The notes under the pieces are model-generated. The model searched no databases. It was not told where the DNA came from and saw nothing but the letters and a program-made list of their open reading frames with translations. DNA of 30,250 nt from Eledone cirrhosa. Lineage: Eukaryota. The DNA lies in contig CAXHJY010000699.1 in assembly GCA_964016885.1 (NCBI GenBank), positions 1 through 30,250 of the forward strand, in the 5' to 3' direction. The position numbers and the translations under genes are program-made. Shown piece after piece: positions 25,731-30,250 of this stretch (position 1 is its first letter; every line of letters starts with the position of its first letter).

Positions 25731-25989
25731 CCCAGAGCCCCCAATCATCTTCCCCGTCTCCCTCCCCATTACTCTGACACTACAGTCCTTGCCATTCCAT
25801 CACCTTTCCCGCTTTTACTTTCTTATTCTCTATTTTCTCTATATTTCTATTTTACATTCCATTATTCTCAATCTAATTTTTTTTCTTTTTTCTTTTCTAT
25901 TAAACTTTATTTACATGATTTATTCCACGAAAATTTATAATTTTCAAAAAGAAAAGAATATTTAAGTTTATTACATAACTTAACCCCGA

Positions 25990-26300
25990 AAATGGTCTCC
26001 GGATTAAGGTTGATCGTAACGGTACATAGTTCTGAGATTAGGGAGTCGCTTCAGATCCAATCGCTACATTTTCGATTTGAGAGATCACAGCTCCAGTACC
26101 ACGGACATGTTGTTAGGAAGTCGAAGGAAAGAATAGCACAACAGATTTTACAGGGAAAGCCAACAGGGTGGAGGGACGAATATAGAACATCCATTACTTC
26201 GGTTGGTCACCTTTGTTAATTAAGCCGAAGCATTTGGTGACGGTTGATTCCGGGAGGATACTTTGGAGAGAGTATCAGAGGTTTCTGCAGCAATCACGAT
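25990..26300 (+). mobile_element. Decayed RTE-type LINE 3' fragment
   Basis: SEIRESLQI...ERSQLQYHGHVVR...ERIAQQIL.GKPTG; resembles the 24066 fragment. Confidence 0.6.
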
Positions 26301-26358
26301 CGTCTAATGGTGATGACGACGATGATGGTGACGATGAAAAAGGAGAAGAAGAAGACAA

Positions 26359-26538
26359 CATGCTTCGCCGTAGAGAGTTACGGCCATTTCCGTTCTGAGT
26401 TTAAATCCTGCCGAGGTCATCTTTGCCTTTCATCCTTACGTGGTCGATAAATAAAGCACCAGTAATGCACTGGGGTCGATAAACTCGACTTTGCCTTCCC
26501 CTTCAAATTGCTGGCGTCGTGTCTAAAGTAGAAACATT
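26359..26538 (+). mobile_element. Older, diverged SINE copy (longer 3' variant)
   Basis: Same core but with an extra segment ggggtcgataaactcgactttgccttccccttcaa before attgctgg. Confidence 0.8.
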
Positions 26539-26567
26539 TGTTATTAATATTGATAACGATGGATTTA

Positions 26568-26760
26568 GGCGGTGGATTGGCTGGGAGTATCGGTAGAGAG
26601 TCGGGCGCCATGCTTTCCAGCATAGTTACGTCCCTTTACGGACTGAGTTCAAATCCCGCCGAGGTTAACTTTGCCTTTCATCCTTTTGGGGTCGATAAAA
26701 TAAAGTACCAGTAATGTACTGGGTAATTGCTGGCCTTGTGCCAAAAGTAGAAACAATTAT
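26568..26760 (+). mobile_element. tRNA-derived SINE with target-site duplication
   Basis: Full-length copy; tattgataacgatg at 26548-26561 and 26761-26774. Confidence 0.9.
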
Positions 26761-27544
26761 TATTGATAACGATGCATAACGATTCTGTAATGTCGGTGGA
26801 TCTGAAGTGAATCCTTCTAGCTGTGCTCCTGCGTAGCTCGCCAATAACTTAGCAAGTTAGATGATTGTCACATCGTTAAAGTTTATCTAATTTCGAGAGC
26901 TAAATTTCCACAGCAGTAATATGGATTCATCACAAATAGATCTGCTGTTCACAGTTTCTAAGATTCGATAAGTTGATTTAGAAATTGGTTGGCAGTTGAA
27001 ACGACACCCTGTACTGTTTAGTAGATTTCAGATTTGTTGTTATACTATCAAGTGTGAATGATGTATCGCAATACTACTTCATGAAACAAGAGAAATGCAT
27101 TAACTTTTAAATCGGCAATCAAACAAAATCTATGACAACACGTAGCAATGTCACTTAAACGAAGGCCATGTCACCTCTTTGCTCTTTGGATATGAATAAT
27201 GTATGACGTCTGAAGTGAAATGTGCTTAATTCAGTTCTGAACACCGTCGACAGAATATTATAGGAAAACTACATCTGGATGAGGAAACCACGGCAGTTAA
27301 CGTTGTAAACTCGATTTCCTTAGATTTGGCACACAGCCATTCTCTGTGTATTGGGTTACAGCAACTCAGCGAGTGTATATTGTACAATATGACGGGGTGG
27401 CAGATAGGTGGACTATATTTACTGATTAGTTAAACGTTGCGATGGTATTCAGTTACTATTTTGGTGTAGTCATCGAGGTATAATCTACTAATGACTAATG
27501 CCTAACTCAATCCATCTTTAACAGTTCAACTTTGTTAAAGGTGT

Positions 27545-27860
27545 TCTAAGTCTTAGACTTAAGTTCTTCCGCACGTTTCGGCACATCGAGCAGTAAGTAG
27601 TCTCCAACTTTCACGATCAGCGGCGGCTTTATCATGTCCGTGACAAGTAATGTTGGCTGCTATCAGGTCTTTTGTGAACGTTTGTCGCCAGGTGATCATG
27701 GGGCAACCTCGCCGCCGTTTGCCGCCAAGTGGAGTCCAGTTTATCGCTGTTTTCAAGTGTCGTTCGTTGGGAAGGCGCAGAATATGGCCAGTTAGGCGGC
27801 ACCAGCGCTCCGTAGCTATCCTCTGCAGCGTCTAAGATCGCAGTCACCGTTGGTGGAAAT
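27545..27860 (-). mobile_element. RTE-type LINE 3' fragment
   Basis: Minus-strand GHILRLPNERHLKTAINWTPLGGKRRRGCPMITWRQT...AADRESWR; ctaag-like repeats at the tail. Confidence 0.75.
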
Positions 27861-28106
27861 TGTTCAGAGGTCTGTCTACCTTTACCGTCCTCTCTGCCAG
27901 ATTTCGCCCTCGTAAAGCAATGTTAGAGGTATTAACATTGTAAATTTACCAGCCTGCTCAACTATTCTGAATCTAACACCTTTAAGACCAATTCGCCCGA
28001 GCCGCTCCTATCATACAAAACTCCATATTATGAAGTGCTTACATCAATTCAATGACCTTACATCATAGTTTTTTGTAAACCCCTTCATTATGTTCCAAAC
28101 ACAAAA

Positions 28107-28295
28107 GGGCGGTGGATTGGCAGTATCGGTGGAGGGTCGGACGCCATGCTTTCCAGCATAGTTACGTCCCTTTACGATCTGAGTTCAAATCCCGTCGAGC
28201 TTAACTTTGCCTTTTATCCTTACGGGGTCGATAAAATAAAGTACCAGTAATGCACTGGTTAATTTCTGGCCTTGTGCCAAAAGTAGAAACAATTA
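28107..28295 (+). mobile_element. tRNA-derived SINE with target-site duplication
   Basis: Full-length copy; attatgttccaaacac at 28087-28102 and attatattccaaacac at 28292-28307. Confidence 0.9.
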
Positions 28296-28356
28296 TATTC
28301 CAAACACTGGCCTAATAATCAGAAAATTAGCAAATTTACAAAGTGACTCAAGACTG

Positions 28357-28394
<38 letters not shown>

Positions 28395-28621
28395 TTTCTT
28401 TCCGCCTGTCTTTATTTATCTCCCTCTTTTTTCTCCATGCATTTCTCTCTCTCCGATATTTCTCCATGTTTTTTTCTTTTTCTTTTTTTTCTCTCTCCGT
28501 CTTTTTTTCTTTCTCTCCGTCTTTTTCTAATTGTCCTTAACACTAAGACTACCCAATTCACTATCCAGATGGCTTCCAAAAATAATGGTTGCATTTTAAA
28601 AGGGTACGTCAAAGCTTATTT

Positions 28622-28832
28622 GTAAAACTGTTATATATTGTATTTTGTCTGATGAAGGCATACCATAATTTAATTTGGTATCCCTGAAATATGTATAATG
28701 AAATAAATATGGTTTTATAAATATAGTTTCTATTTATTAATATCGTATTTTTACTCCAAAACTTGTCGAGTGCTTTATATCAGTTATAAAAATATTTACT
28801 TGTTGTATTCCAACAATTTTAAATAGAACTTT

Positions 28833-28836
<4 letters not shown>
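28622..28836 (+). mobile_element. Penelope-like pLTR fragment (same family as 10230-10557)
   Basis: HHR, AATAAA, TCGAGTGCT at 28766-28774, end at (TA)n. Confidence 0.65.
28641..28705 (+). ncRNA. Type I hammerhead ribozyme motif
   Basis: Stem I tattttgt/atgaaata (8 bp incl. 2 G-U); CUGAUGA 28649-28655; stem II aggcatacca/tggtatccct (9 of 10 pairs); GAAA 28686-28689; stem III AUA-UG-UAU; AUA triplet. Confidence 0.82.
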
Positions 28837-28877
<41 letters not shown>

Positions 28878-28933
28878 CAATGGATAGAGTGACAATAAGA
28901 AGTCAGATTTACAGCTACTTATGAAACTTTGTT

Positions 28934-29021
28934 GCATATTACAACTATTTCGATGTCGATCAGTTCGGGTTTGATCAGGCGATCAGGTCCCGACTCTTAG
29001 TCGACATCTCTTCAGATATGC
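28934..29021 (-). ncRNA. Type I hammerhead ribozyme with extended stem II domain
   Basis: Minus strand gcatat CTGAAGA gatgtcga [41-nt structured insert] tcgacatc GAAA tagttgt a atatgc; 6-bp stem I, 8-bp basal stem II, GUA triplet. Confidence 0.82.
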
Positions 29022-29206
29022 GAATTTACATTTGTAATATACAATACAGTTCCACAAGCTACAAATCTGACTTCCGATTGTCTCTCTATAGAGAGACAGT
29101 CTGAAAACTACAGCCACCTTAAACTTGGAGAGACGGACCCCCCTCCTCCCCAGCATCGAGTGCTTCGACCGGCCTTACCACATAATAACCCCCCCCCTAT
29201 ATATAA

Positions 29207-29382
29207 GTGTGTGTGTCTGTGTCTGTTTGTGTGTCTGTGTGTCTGTGTGTGTGTGGGTGCGTGTGTGTGTATGCGTGTGTCTGTGTGTGTGTCTGTCTGT
29301 GTGCGCGTGTGTCTGTCTGTGTGTGCGTGTGTGTGTGCGCGTGTGTGTGCGTGTGTGCGTGTGTGTGTGTATGTATGTGTGT
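29207..29382. repeat. Degenerate (GT)n tract
   Basis: GT run with gtct/gcgt interruptions. Confidence 0.92.
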
Positions 29383-29487
29383 ACAGACACACATACACGG
29401 TATGTTTTGCAGACATTGTTCAGCCAGTTGAATAATAAAGTTCGCCAGTCTCAGTCTCAATTAAAATAGTTCTCCTAAAAAATGTGT

Positions 29488-29750
29488 GTATAGGTGGGAG
29501 TAGGGTGGGAGTAGGGTGGGAGTATAGGTGGGAGTAGGGTGGGAGTATAGGTGGGAGTGTAGGTGGGAGTGTAGGTGGGAGTAGGGTGGGAGTATAGGGT
29601 GGGAGTATAGGTGGGAGTAGGGTGGGAGTAGGGTGGGAGTATAGGTGGGAGTAGGGTGGGAGTATAGGGGGAGATATAGGTTAGAAGTATAGGTTAGAAG
29701 TATTGGTGGAGTATTGGAGGAAGTATAGGTAGAAGTATAGGAGGATGTAT
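29488..29750 (+). repeat. G-rich 11/12-bp minisatellite (GGTGGGAGTAG / GGTGGGAGTATA)
   Basis: About 15 clean units, decaying after ~29665. Confidence 0.92.
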
Positions 29751-30250
29751 GAGAAATAAAGACATAAGATTGATTTAGTTATGTAATTTTTCTTTTCTTT
29801 TAAAACCATTTCTTGTTACTTGCTCAATCGATAAATAAAAGATGGACATATTTAATTATATCTAAAGGAATTATTCAAAGAAGAAGTCAGCAAGGGATAT
29901 TTCTGTCGACAATAGGTAATACCACATAAAATTAACATTATCTTTTCAGTCGCTTTAGTTTCTATGTTTACATACAATATACAATATACAATACACAATA
30001 TACAATACACAATGTACTATATACAGTGTACGGTATATAACTCATACGATATATAGAATATAATACAATAGGCTACAATACCAACGCTAAAACACAATAA
30101 GCGTCTATCATTCCCGCTCGAAGAGAGTCACTGAAGGATATCTCGAGAGAAAAGCAGGCAAACCAAGAATGAAGTCTATCTATTCCCCGGCGTGGATTAT
30201 ACAGTACGGACATAATGTGACGCCATCATTATTGAAATTCAATGTCTCTC

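Noticed and set aside
26780-27540. Possible host exon or conserved non-coding element in non-repetitive sequence
   Set aside because: No ORF in the track and no recognisable motif; small exons cannot be excluded without RNA-seq.

Overview
AT-rich, repeat-dominated animal genomic DNA with no recognisable host gene. The SINE family and the very long (TA)n tracts suggest a cephalopod (octopus-like) genome; this is inference, not a database result. Roughly a third of the window is compound microsatellite. The rest is a retroelement graveyard: six copies of one tRNA-derived SINE family, 3' fragments of RTE-, CR1- and probably CRE-clade LINEs, and a near-full-length but disrupted R4/Dong-type (RT + RLE) element at ~19.8-23.4 kb. 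The most notable signal is not in the ORF track. There are about a dozen type I hammerhead ribozyme (HHR) motifs, folded by hand, from several unrelated short non-coding repeat families that look like Penelope-like pseudo-LTRs or retrozyme-like repeats. Most abut (TA)n tracts, several have fold-back inversions, and several share a GAGTGC motif near their 3' end. The best example is a ~467-bp tandem unit at 3990-4978 with one intact and one core-mutated ribozyme. All folds are manual and activity is untested.
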